Positions 1 through 8,080 of a stretch of DNA of 31,439 nucleotides are shown one piece after another. Origin of the DNA: an uncultured Thermococci archaeon (GTDB taxonomy: Archaea; Methanobacteriota_B; Thermococci; Thermococcales; Thermococcaceae); the NCBI GenBank assembly GCA_964487115.1, contig CAZAPD010000066.1:1-31439 (forward strand), written 5' to 3'. How positions within the stretch are numbered: the first letter of the stretch is position 1; every line of letters begins with the position of its first letter. The position numbers and the translations under genes are program-made. The notes under the pieces were generated by a model that worked only from the letters and a program-made list of their open reading frames with translations, was not told the origin of the DNA and made no database searches.

Positions 1-305
1 TTTGGATCACTGCATGGAGCAAAGCTCAGCGTTATTTTTGAGCCGACTATAACAACTCTGGGGTCGAGAGCTATCTCTATTGCAGGTTCGACCACTTCAA
101 CAACCCTCATTTTTCCTTCGTGGAGAGGACATGAATGTTCCATATTTCTTACCCTTATAACTTTGTATCTCCGCCCTGGTTCAAAATTCCCTATGCACAC
201 TCTTGCCAAGCGGCACGTTTTACATGCCTCAGCAGGTCCATAATAGATGAACTCCACACCGGGTTTAGCCAGCTTTTCCCCAACTAAGGTGATTACCATC
301 CCCAT
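1..305 (-). CDS. UPF0179 family protein, 3' end outside the window
   Basis: Not in the ORF track. Manual translation from ATG 305 (alternative ATG 299) gives [74 protein letters not shown] at 313-307. The CxxC...C...CPLH pattern is typical of UPF0179. Confidence 0.88.
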   Translation of the reverse strand, partial: MGMVITLVGEKLAKPGVEFIYYGPAEACKTCRLARVCIGNFEPGRRYKVIRVRNMEHSCPLHEGKMRVVEVVEPAIEIALDPRVVIVGSKITLSFAPCSDP

Positions 306-330
306 ACACCTCCTATATGAATAATGATAG

Positions 331-1371
331 TCAGACAACTCCGGTGATTTTAGCTGCCTTTTCGGCGGCTTCGCGAGTTAAACCATCCTTCCCAAGGATT
401 GTGTAGCGCTCGGGTCTGATTTTATGGGCTGTTATCAGAGCTTCGATTATGTACTCCGGATCAATTCCCAGTTCATATGCATTTGTAGGTGCTCCAACCT
501 TCTTTAAGGTTTCCCTGATGCGTTGCCACTTCAGTCCATGAAGATAGGCCATTATTATCGTCCCAACGCCGCACTGCTCGCCGTGAAGTGCTGGCTTTGG
601 TGCTATGGAATCAAGGGCATGACTGAAGAGATGTTCGGCACCACTTGCTGGTCGTGAAGAGCCAGCTATACTCATTGCCACACCACTCGAAATCAATCCT
701 TTTATAACTTTCCTAACGCTCTCCTCATTACCCAGCCTTATAATGTCAGCGTTCCTTATCACCATTTTGGCACTCATCAGACTGAGTGATGCGGCATATT
801 CGCTGTAGTATTCTCCTCTGATTTTATGAGCCAGCTGCCAGTCTTTCACTGCGGTCAGATTGGAAATCATGTCCCCAACTCCAGCCGCTAAATAGCGGTA
901 GGGAGCTGTTTTTATCACCTTAACATCGGCTATTACAGCTATTGGAGGTCTGGCCTTCATAGATGTCTTCATTCCAAGGTCCTTTATGGATGCATTTGCA
1001 CTTGCTATGCCGTCATGAGAAGCAGTTGTAGGGAAGCTGATGAAGGGAACATCTGCTCTGAAGGAAGAAAGCTTAGCAACATCAATTATACTGCCTCCTC
1101 CAACTGCTATGACCCATCCTGCATTCTCATCCCTGATTTTACGCTCGACCCTCTCAACCTCCCCTATGCTGGCTTCTTTTATAGTTATGCTTTTAACTTC
1201 AAATTCTTCTTTGAGATTTTTCTCCACCTCACTGCCTGCTATCTTCTTGGTCTTTGGCCCGTACAGAATTAACGCCTTTTTTCCTAATTTAAGCCGTTTG
1301 GCAACATTTAAGGCTTCACCCTTTAAGTCCTCTCCAAGAAGAACTTCTCTCGGCAACTCCATTAAGTGCAT
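331..1371 (-). CDS. egsA: NAD(P)-dependent glycerol-1-phosphate dehydrogenase
   Basis: Motifs [35 protein letters not shown] and LHGEQCG. Start placed at MHLMELPRE, downstream of a GGTGA RBS; the ORF track start is 1380. Confidence 0.96.
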   Translation of the reverse strand: MHLMELPREVLLGEDLKGEALNVAKRLKLGKKALILYGPKTKKIAGSEVEKNLKEEFEVKSITIKEASIGEVERVERKIRDENAGWVIAVGGGSIIDVAKLSSFRADVPFISFPTTASHDGIASANASIKDLGMKTSMKARPPIAVIADVKVIKTAPYRYLAAGVGDMISNLTAVKDWQLAHKIRGEYYSEYAASLSLMSAKMVIRNADIIRLGNEESVRKVIKGLISSGVAMSIAGSSRPASGAEHLFSHALDSIAPKPALHGEQCGVGTIIMAYLHGLKWQRIRETLKKVGAPTNAYELGIDPEYIIEALITAHKIRPERYTILGKDGLTREAAEKAAKITGVV

Positions 1372-1466
1372 GACCATCACCTTTGCCTGTATTTCTCTTC
1401 AAAGCTTAAAAACTAATTGGAACATTTTTAAGGTTCAATTAAGAATATTTCTGGGTGTTGATACTC

Positions 1467-1935
1467 ATGAGCTACTGAGCGAAGACTTACGGGCCAGGTG
1501 AAGCTAAGGCCGTTGCGGTTGATAAGAACGGGGACATTATTGTTGCGGGTGATTATAGTGGTGATGTTGGGGTTCTGCGCCTTCCGCTGGATGGGAATTT
1601 GCCGGGTTATGAGCTCTGCATGGACCCTAATGCTCAGGTGGGGGATACTAACGCTGAGGTTCGTGATTCGGAGTGTGAGGTTTTGAGATTTCCGTTCCTG
1701 TTTTGAGTGAGGGAGTTGAGGAGCTCGTTAGGGTTTCTTGCCAGTTCAATGAGTTTATCCATTTGAGGAGAGGAATGTCCATTTTTGTTCCAGTCGTTCC
1801 CAAACGCTCCGGAGAATTCAAAATCCACGCCAACATCGACGGAATAACAATCAAAACAAAAAAAGAAATTCCAGTAAAAATACTGAAGAAATTTTACAGT
1901 TAGAACGACAAAGTGCCCATATATGCTTTCCGAAC
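1467..1935 (+). pseudogene. Degenerate remnant of a beta-propeller-repeat protein (WxKTYGG type), possibly with a C-terminal zinc ribbon
   Basis: Reads MSY*AKTYGPGEAKAVAVDKNG, frameshift, DIIVAGDYSGDVGVLRLPLDGNLPGYELCMDPNAQVG, frameshift, TNAEVRDSECEV, then EISVPVLSEGVEELVRV...SIFVPVVPKRSGEFKI...KCPY. In-frame TGA at 1476-1478 where Trp is expected. Family resemblance is from recall. Confidence 0.55.
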
Positions 1936-1979
1936 CCACCTCCATGAAAAATGATGTAATATCGGTAATTGATCCGGAG

Positions 1980-2135
1980 AGAAGCTCTTCCTGTTCAATT
2001 TTTTCAATCCGGAGATTCATGGCCTCTGTTACTGCGACTTCCAATGTTCTCCTGATTCGTCCGTATTTCTTTGTTTATGAGTTCTCAGAACTTTTTCTTG
2101 ACATCATAATCAGCGGAGATAGTTATGACTCTCGC
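1980..2135 (-). pseudogene. Remnant of a small ribbon-helix-helix-like putative antitoxin
   Basis: Reads ARVITISADYDVKKKF*ELIN, frameshift, KKYGRIRRTLEVAVTEAMNLRIEKIEQEEL. Stop at 2087-2085, no start codon. Resembles short archaeal proteins found upstream of PIN toxins. Confidence 0.55.
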
Positions 2136-2313
2136 AGATAACTTATGCAGGAGATGAAGAGGACATAAAGCCAGGGGAAGTAGAGGTGCTTAAGAAAGCT
2201 GGAAAAAGATAAACGCCGAGCAAAAAACTGTCATTACATGGGACCACGAAGACGAGAAGAATGGAATAAAGTTCATGCCGCTATGGAAGTGGCTTCTGAG
2301 AGAAAAGCTTTAA
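2135..2313 (+). pseudogene. C-terminal remnant of an AAA_14/DUF4143-type ATP-binding protein
   Basis: Reads QITYAGDEEDIKPGEVEVLKKAGK, frameshift in an A run near 2205, INAEQKTVITWDHEDEKNGIKFMPLWKWLLREKL*. The QxTY...VITWD...PLWKWLL tail is characteristic of this family. Confidence 0.7.
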
Positions 2314-2344
2314 GACTATTGGAACTATTCAGTGTGGTGGTACG

Positions 2345-3160
2345 ATGAGCTTTTGGCAGTGGTTTTACGAATATTTCATCAAACCGATACAGGCTAATGA
2401 GGGTTACAACATTGTGAACACGCTCACATACGCTGTGATACTTGGAATCATGGCGCTTCTGCTTTACCGGAAGCTGAAGAAGATTGGAATCAAATTTGAT
2501 GAGAGATTTTTCAAAGCTCTGATTCCCTATATAATTCTTGGTCCTCTAACAAGGGCGATGACTGATGCTCTCATCTACCCGAGGACATACCTTACAGTCA
2601 CTCCGGGAATATACTTCGTCATAGCCACAATTGCCCTCGCATCCCTCTACATCGTGTGGAGAAACTGTGGAAGCGGGGAGAAGTTCTATCCATTGTATAG
2701 AGACATAGGCTGGCTGCTTGTCGGCCTCGACGCTTTCATTCTCCTGCTCAATCTGGGTAAGGTGCATTTTGTGTGGAAGACCCTGTACTACTTCATTCCA
2801 GCGGTTACCATTGCTGAATCATTCATCTGGATTCTCTCAAAGAAAATCACTTTAATCAGGGAAAATCGCCTGCTTTTCTATGCTCATTTCTACGATGCCA
2901 CGAGCACGTTTGTGGGTGTCGACTTCATGGGCTACTGGGAGCAACACGTCCTTTCCCGCTTCCTGATAAAGCACACAGGAACAGCGGCGAGCATGTATGC
3001 CCTTAAATTTATCGTGATATTCCTTGTGGTATGGCTTTTGGATCAGGTTATTGAGAGCGAAGAGGAGAAAGAGATGGCAAACTTCATGAAGATGGTTATA
3101 TTCATTCTCGGCTTTGCTCCGGGAACGAGGAATCTTTTGAGAATGCTTATGGGGGCCTGA
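2345..3160 (+). CDS. DUF63 family integral membrane protein
   Basis: Multiple hydrophobic helices; motifs GYNIVNT, HFYDATSTFVG, YWEQH and LGFAPGTRN. Confidence 0.85.
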   Translation: MSFWQWFYEYFIKPIQANEGYNIVNTLTYAVILGIMALLLYRKLKKIGIKFDERFFKALIPYIILGPLTRAMTDALIYPRTYLTVTPGIYFVIATIALASLYIVWRNCGSGEKFYPLYRDIGWLLVGLDAFILLLNLGKVHFVWKTLYYFIPAVTIAESFIWILSKKITLIRENRLLFYAHFYDATSTFVGVDFMGYWEQHVLSRFLIKHTGTAASMYALKFIVIFLVVWLLDQVIESEEEKEMANFMKMVIFILGFAPGTRNLLRMLMGA

Positions 3161-3162
3161 AA

Positions 3163-3924
3163 ATGGAGTGGAATGAAATTGCTCTGGGCATGGCAAAGGA
3201 GGTTGAAAGACATGTCATGCCCATTTTCGGAACGGCAAAAGCTGGCCAGAGGGTTGGAACGAATGTAAGTGGGGATGTGACAAAGTTTGTAGATAAAGTT
3301 GCCGAGGACATAGTTTTGAGCTATCTATCCCCGTTGAATATCAACATAGTGAGCGAAGAGGTTGGAAACATAGATAGGGGAAGTGAATACACTGCTATTA
3401 TTGACCCCATAGACGGTTCTTACAACTTCGCCGCCGGCATACCAGTATTTGCCTTCAGTTTTGCAGTTTTTAAAAACAAAGACCCAATCTATGCAATGAT
3501 ATACGAGTTCACGACAAGAACGGTCTATGAGGGCATTCCCGGAGAAGGAGCCTACATGAACAGCAATCCCATCCATGTCAGAAAGCCGGTCAGGGGAAAG
3601 GAGGCTCTGAGCTTTTATACCCGAGAAAGGGGTTACGGAATAATACGGAAGGTCAAAAGGATCAGGGTCCTTGGAGCTGTGGCTGTGGAGCTCACTTATC
3701 TCGCAAAAGGGGCTCTCGATGGTGTCTTAGACATAAGAAACTATGTGAGACCCACAGATATAGCCGCTGGTGTGATAATAGCGAGGGAGGCTGGAGCTAT
3801 CGTGACTGATGAGAGGGGAGAGGAGCTTAAACTTGACTTTGATGCAACCGAGAAAACCAACATAATCGCTGTCAATGATAGATATCTGCTGAACCTGATC
3901 CTTGAGGAGTTGAGGGAGAAGTGA
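3163..3924 (+). CDS. suhB: Bifunctional inositol monophosphatase / fructose-1,6-bisphosphatase
   Basis: Metal-binding motifs VSEE, IIDPIDGSYNF and TDIAAG. Confidence 0.92.
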   Translation: MEWNEIALGMAKEVERHVMPIFGTAKAGQRVGTNVSGDVTKFVDKVAEDIVLSYLSPLNINIVSEEVGNIDRGSEYTAIIDPIDGSYNFAAGIPVFAFSFAVFKNKDPIYAMIYEFTTRTVYEGIPGEGAYMNSNPIHVRKPVRGKEALSFYTRERGYGIIRKVKRIRVLGAVAVELTYLAKGALDGVLDIRNYVRPTDIAAGVIIAREAGAIVTDERGEELKLDFDATEKTNIIAVNDRYLLNLILEELREK

Positions 3925-4499
3925 AACACGGAAAGGTAACTATAGCTCTGGTGGCTTTGAATATCATGATGTACTTCATCGAGGCCATTCTTAGCAGGAA
4001 TATCATTTGGATAAGCACCAATGTTCTCGCTCTGTTGGGGCAGGTGAATTACTACGTCATCCATGGAGCATGGTGGCAGCTCATAACGGCTATGTTTGTT
4101 CATGTAGGGCTTCTCCACATTGCCCTCAACATGTTTTTCCTCTACCAGCTCGGCTCACAGCTGGAAAATCTTTTTGGAGGAAAAGTTCTTCTCATTACAT
4201 ACCTGCTTTCAGGGCTTATGGGGAATCTGCTTACCCTCCTATTCCTGCCACCCTACACGATCAGCGCTGGGGCAAGCGGAGCTGTCTTTGGAGTGGTTGG
4301 AGTACTTATAATGGCTACAGGTATTATGGGAGGCAACATGGCGAGTGCAATCTTAAATGCCTTCATACTCTTTGCAATCAACAGCGTATTCCCTGGTGTT
4401 AATGCATATGCTCACCTTGGAGGTCTGCTCACGGGTAGTGTTATCGGTCTCTACAAGGGAAAAGAGCTGAAGAGGAAGATGCTTGAGATGATGTATTAG
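3921..4499 (+). CDS. Rhomboid family intramembrane serine protease
   Basis: WWQLITAMFVH, HIALN, catalytic GASG and AHLGG. GTGA overlap with the upstream stop codon. Confidence 0.93.
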   Translation: MKHGKVTIALVALNIMMYFIEAILSRNIIWISTNVLALLGQVNYYVIHGAWWQLITAMFVHVGLLHIALNMFFLYQLGSQLENLFGGKVLLITYLLSGLMGNLLTLLFLPPYTISAGASGAVFGVVGVLIMATGIMGGNMASAILNAFILFAINSVFPGVNAYAHLGGLLTGSVIGLYKGKELKRKMLEMMY

Positions 4500-4543
4500 A
4501 ACGAAAGATTTAAAAATAGGCTTTGAAAGGTATAAGCGGGTCT

Positions 4544-4651
4544 GCCGGGGTAGCTCAGCCTGGTCAGAGCGCTCGGCTCATAGGGCCGCTTCCCTTTAGG
4601 GGAGCCTGGGAAACCGAGAGGTCCGGGGTTCAAAGCCCCGCCCCGGCACCA
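4544..4651 (+). tRNA. Elongator-type tRNA-Met(CAT) with a 30-nt canonical intron (4583-4612)
   Basis: Acceptor stem GCCGGGG/CCCCGGC followed by ACCA; anticodon stem CTCGG/CCGAG; CAT at 4579-4581; T-loop GTTCAAA. Bulge-helix-bulge formed by CUCA:UGGG with bulges UAG and AAA. Confidence 0.93.
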
Positions 4652-4665
4652 AAATGCCTTGTTTC

Positions 4666-6951
4666 TCACTTCGAATCTTCCTCCAAGTAAGGCGCCGTAA
4701 TTACTCTCCTGATTTCCCTCGCTTTTTTCTCCCCGATTCCTTCAACTTCCATCAGCTCTTCTTCTGTTGCAGTAAAAACACGTTCAACGTTTCCAAAATG
4801 TTTCAGAAGCCTTTTTGCAAGCGTGGCTGAAACATTAGGAAGTCCCTCAACAATTAGACGCTGTCTATCGGCTAAAGTTAGCGTTTTCTTTTCGCTTCTA
4901 ACAGCGACTTCCTTCTTTCTTTCTTCCTGTTCTCTCTTTGCCATCAGGTATATGTAACTCGCAGTTTCCTTTGGGTCGCGGGCAAAAAGAATGGGTACTT
5001 CCCAATCGACAGTTACAGCCGCTATGGCTCCTCTGATAGCGTTAGGGTGCACGTTTCTTATCCCATAAAGCTGACCCTCAATTATTATCGCTGGCCTTTT
5101 GTAGGCTTCTTTTAGGCGTTTTACCTGATCAAAAAGCCTGCCATCTATTATCGACTGGATGAAGTCACTGGCCGACTTCCGCTCAACTGCAATATCCTCA
5201 CTAACTATATAATCCCCCACATCGAGGGTTTTTACCTGAATATCCACCCCCATCTCCCTAAGATACTTTGGAACCTGACTCCTGAGCTCGCGTGTATCCA
5301 CATATACAACTATTCCTCTGGGCTTCCTGACAAAAACAGGCTTGATAGGAAGCTTTTCATAAACCTCTCTCCTTTCTGGAAGTTTAATCTCGGTTTCCTT
5401 ACTTTTTTTAACAAATCCTAAAAGGGAAGCCTGTTTTTCCTTTTTAATCATCTCGCTCACCTTTGTCAGGGTAGCAAACATCTTCTTTTCTTTGTTCTTG
5501 GAACTCCAGTAATAGGCCTCGTCCCTCGTTCCCCTTGCCATCAGTATAACAACCCTTCCCGGTCTGTGCCTTCCTGTTCTTCCCCTCCGCTGTATACTCC
5601 TTATAGCTGAGGGAATTGGCTCATAGAAGACCACAAGATCAACTTCAGGGACATCTAGGCCCTCTTCACCAACACTTGTGGCAATAAGGACGTTAAACAC
5701 TCCCTGAGAAAAAAGCTCCAGAATTTCCTTCTGCTTCTTTTGAGTCATACCTCTATCATTTTTTCTGCTCGCCTGCCCAACAAATCGCATAACAGTTGTA
5801 ATCTCGGATAAATCCTTCACAAGCTTTTTTGAAGTCTCCCTATAATTGGTGAAGACGATAATCTTAGAGTTAGGTTTTCGTTGTAGCTGCATCTTAATTA
5901 TCTCCCTGAGTTTTTCCATCTTTGGATGATCAAGTCCCAGCTCTTTTGCCTGCTGGAGCAGGTAGAGAGCTTTTTTCATGCGTGCATCATTTACAAGTTC
6001 TTTTGTCGACCTCGTTCTACCAGTTCGGGCGTCTTCATGGAGTTTTTTGAAATACGCTCTTAAGGCACTTAGTCCCTGAGTTTCTAAGAGTTCAATTGCG
6101 TGATGCAGTTTTAGTGCCTTTGCCTGCTCAACCAACAGCTTGCCTGCTGAATAGTTTCCTTTTGCCATTTCCTCGTTTAAAATCCTGCCCACGTTTAGGA
6201 CATCTTTTTTTGGAATATCCGGAGAATAGCTGTTTATAAGTCCGGCTTCTGCTAAGGGCTTCAGTGCATCCCTGAGCATCTCTCTGAGAAGCTTCCTAAC
6301 CTCTTTATACAGTCCGGGAAGCTCAACCTTGATCCATTCCAGCCTGATTCCCTGAACATAGGGTTTTACATCTGGTGAGTTTTCGGTTCTTAATTCGATA
6401 TGCTCTATATAGAGGTTTTTGATGATCTCCTTTATCTTTTCCTCGCTGCTTCCGGGAGATGCTGTTAAACCAAGGATCAGCGGATGTTTTGCCTGTCGCA
6501 TGTATTCCTTTGCAATATAAACATACGCATAGTTTCCAACGGCTCTGTGGGCCTCATCAAAAATCAGAAGGGAAACATCTTCAAGGCTTATCCTACCAAC
6601 AACAATGTCGTTTTCTACTGTTTGAGGTGTTGCGGTTATTATTATGCTTTTCTTCCAGATACGCTCTCTCTCATCTGCTCTGTATTCACCAGTGAGGACA
6701 TTTATATTCTCCTTCGGGATATTAAAGAGTCTGAGAAAGCTTTCTCTGTGCTGTAATGCCAGGGGTTTGGTCGGAGCGAGCATTAGGACTTTTCCGCCAT
6801 ACTTCGTCAGGCGATAATCGGCTATCATTTGGGCAATTAAAGTCTTTCCTAACCCTGTTGGTAGAACAACGAGAGAATTCTTCTCCTTGCATCGGGCATA
6901 TATAACTTCCTGGTATACCCTCGGTTGTATAAGCTCTTTTCTGAGGAACAT
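4666..6951 (-). CDS. hef: Hef helicase/nuclease (FANCM-like SF2 helicase, ERCC4 nuclease, HhH)
   Basis: LPTGLGKT, DEAH, TAS, QRRGRTGR; nuclease motifs VDTRE, GDY and ERK; C-terminal HhH (VEGIGEKKA). Confidence 0.95.
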   Translation of the reverse strand: MFLRKELIQPRVYQEVIYARCKEKNSLVVLPTGLGKTLIAQMIADYRLTKYGGKVLMLAPTKPLALQHRESFLRLFNIPKENINVLTGEYRADERERIWKKSIIITATPQTVENDIVVGRISLEDVSLLIFDEAHRAVGNYAYVYIAKEYMRQAKHPLILGLTASPGSSEEKIKEIIKNLYIEHIELRTENSPDVKPYVQGIRLEWIKVELPGLYKEVRKLLREMLRDALKPLAEAGLINSYSPDIPKKDVLNVGRILNEEMAKGNYSAGKLLVEQAKALKLHHAIELLETQGLSALRAYFKKLHEDARTGRTRSTKELVNDARMKKALYLLQQAKELGLDHPKMEKLREIIKMQLQRKPNSKIIVFTNYRETSKKLVKDLSEITTVMRFVGQASRKNDRGMTQKKQKEILELFSQGVFNVLIATSVGEEGLDVPEVDLVVFYEPIPSAIRSIQRRGRTGRHRPGRVVILMARGTRDEAYYWSSKNKEKKMFATLTKVSEMIKKEKQASLLGFVKKSKETEIKLPERREVYEKLPIKPVFVRKPRGIVVYVDTRELRSQVPKYLREMGVDIQVKTLDVGDYIVSEDIAVERKSASDFIQSIIDGRLFDQVKRLKEAYKRPAIIIEGQLYGIRNVHPNAIRGAIAAVTVDWEVPILFARDPKETASYIYLMAKREQEERKKEVAVRSEKKTLTLADRQRLIVEGLPNVSATLAKRLLKHFGNVERVFTATEEELMEVEGIGEKKAREIRRVITAPYLEEDSK

Positions 6952-6973
6952 CAAAGTAATTTTGCGGCATGAA

Positions 6974-6981
6974 TTTATAAA
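6974..6981. promoter_or_regulatory. Palindromic TATA box (TTTATAAA), probably shared by two divergent genes
   Basis: Lies about 22 nt from both the hef ATG (6951) and the ATG at 7003. Confidence 0.6.
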
Positions 6982-7002
6982 GTGTTAGGCGATATCTTTA
7001 TC

Positions 7003-7473
7003 ATGCTCCTCACAGACCATGCAAAGGAAAGGGTTATCAAAAGACTCTCAAAAAACAGAAAGCTTAACAGAGTCTATTCCTCATTGTTTAAATTTTTAAG
7101 AAATGCTGAGAAAATGCAGATTCATGAGAATGTCTTTGCATTTACCGATGGCAGAAAATCCCTCGTCTGTGTGCCTCTTAGAGGTGCAAAGCTCACTGTT
7201 GGGGAGATTAGAGAGGAGGTTAAGGAAATTGGAGAGGCCTACGAATGCGTATTCTGGGATGAAGGAGGGTTTGCTAAGCTCACGGGCCCCCACAGGTTTC
7301 TATCTGAAATCCCGGAGGGAAACTATTACTTCTACATTAATAGGAGAAAAAAGGTTTTGTATATTGGAAAGGAGCCTCCTCTACTTGCAATAACTCTGAG
7401 ACCGGCAAAGAGAAAAGAAAGAACAATCAATGGGGCAGTATATAAATCTCCCCGAAAGGTTCTTCCTGAATAA
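7003..7473 (+). CDS. Hypothetical protein with an N-terminal T-x-H-A-x-x-R motif
   Basis: 156-aa ORF with normal protein composition, starting [15 protein letters not shown]. The 3' end overlaps scpA convergently by 47 bp. Confidence 0.75.
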   Translation: MLLTDHAKERVIKRLSKNRKLNRVYSSLFKFLRNAEKMQIHENVFAFTDGRKSLVCVPLRGAKLTVGEIREEVKEIGEAYECVFWDEGGFAKLTGPHRFLSEIPEGNYYFYINRRKKVLYIGKEPPLLAITLRPAKRKERTINGAVYKSPRKVLPE

Positions 7474-8074
7474 GCTCAATTTTCCCCATGTTGGCAAGGA
7501 AGAGTAGGTACAGGAAAGTTCTCGCAATTATTTTTGGTGAGGGATCAAAAACGAGGTCCCAGAAGTCTATCTTTCCCCTTGACTCTTCGTAGAGTTTTTT
7601 CACAATCTCATAGAGTCGGTTTACGTGTTTCTCCACATCCACACGGAAATCATCCACTACAAATATCTCCTCTTCAATTTCAACCCTCTTCTTTTGTCTT
7701 GGTTTTCTCTTTTCTGCTTCCTCCAGAGCATCCATGAGAGCCTCTATGAGGTCATCGAATGTGTAGTATCTCTCAACCCTTCTGAGTGGTGGAGCAAGAG
7801 GCTCGACCTCAACTCTTATACGTTCTTCATGCTCTTCCTCTTCCTCCTCATCTCCGTAGAGCAGAGCCTCGGTTTTCATTCTTAAAAGAATTGAAGCAGC
7901 CAAAATGGCCCTGGCAGAAAGCCTCAGGTCAAGCTCCTTCATTTCCCTGAGCCGCTCTATGTACTTCTCCGTCAGGTCAACGATATCAATGTTCCACGGG
8001 TCAACCTTGCCCATGGTGACAAGCTGTAAAAGGATGTCCACTGGGGTTATCTCCTCTTCTCTCCTTGATTCCAT
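7427..8074 (-). CDS. scpA: Kleisin ScpA (segregation and condensation protein A)
   Basis: [24 protein letters not shown]-terminal FLYLLFLAN...QEEPFGEI. Directly downstream of smc, with a GAGGTGA RBS overlapping the smc stop. Confidence 0.94.
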   Translation of the reverse strand: MESRREEEITPVDILLQLVTMGKVDPWNIDIVDLTEKYIERLREMKELDLRLSARAILAASILLRMKTEALLYGDEEEEEEHEERIRVEVEPLAPPLRRVERYYTFDDLIEALMDALEEAEKRKPRQKKRVEIEEEIFVVDDFRVDVEKHVNRLYEIVKKLYEESRGKIDFWDLVFDPSPKIIARTFLYLLFLANMGKIELIQEEPFGEIYILPH

Positions 8075-8080
8075 TGGATT

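Noticed and set aside
1498..2141. Track ORFs 1498-1686, 1634-2044, 1648-1854, 1703-1903 and 1923-2141 as intact genes
   Set aside because: They are better explained as partial or off-frame readings of the pseudogene fragments.
4620..4666. tRNA-Met as an integration site
   Set aside because: No integrase is present, I saw no duplicated tRNA 3' end in the window, and hef follows within 15 bp.
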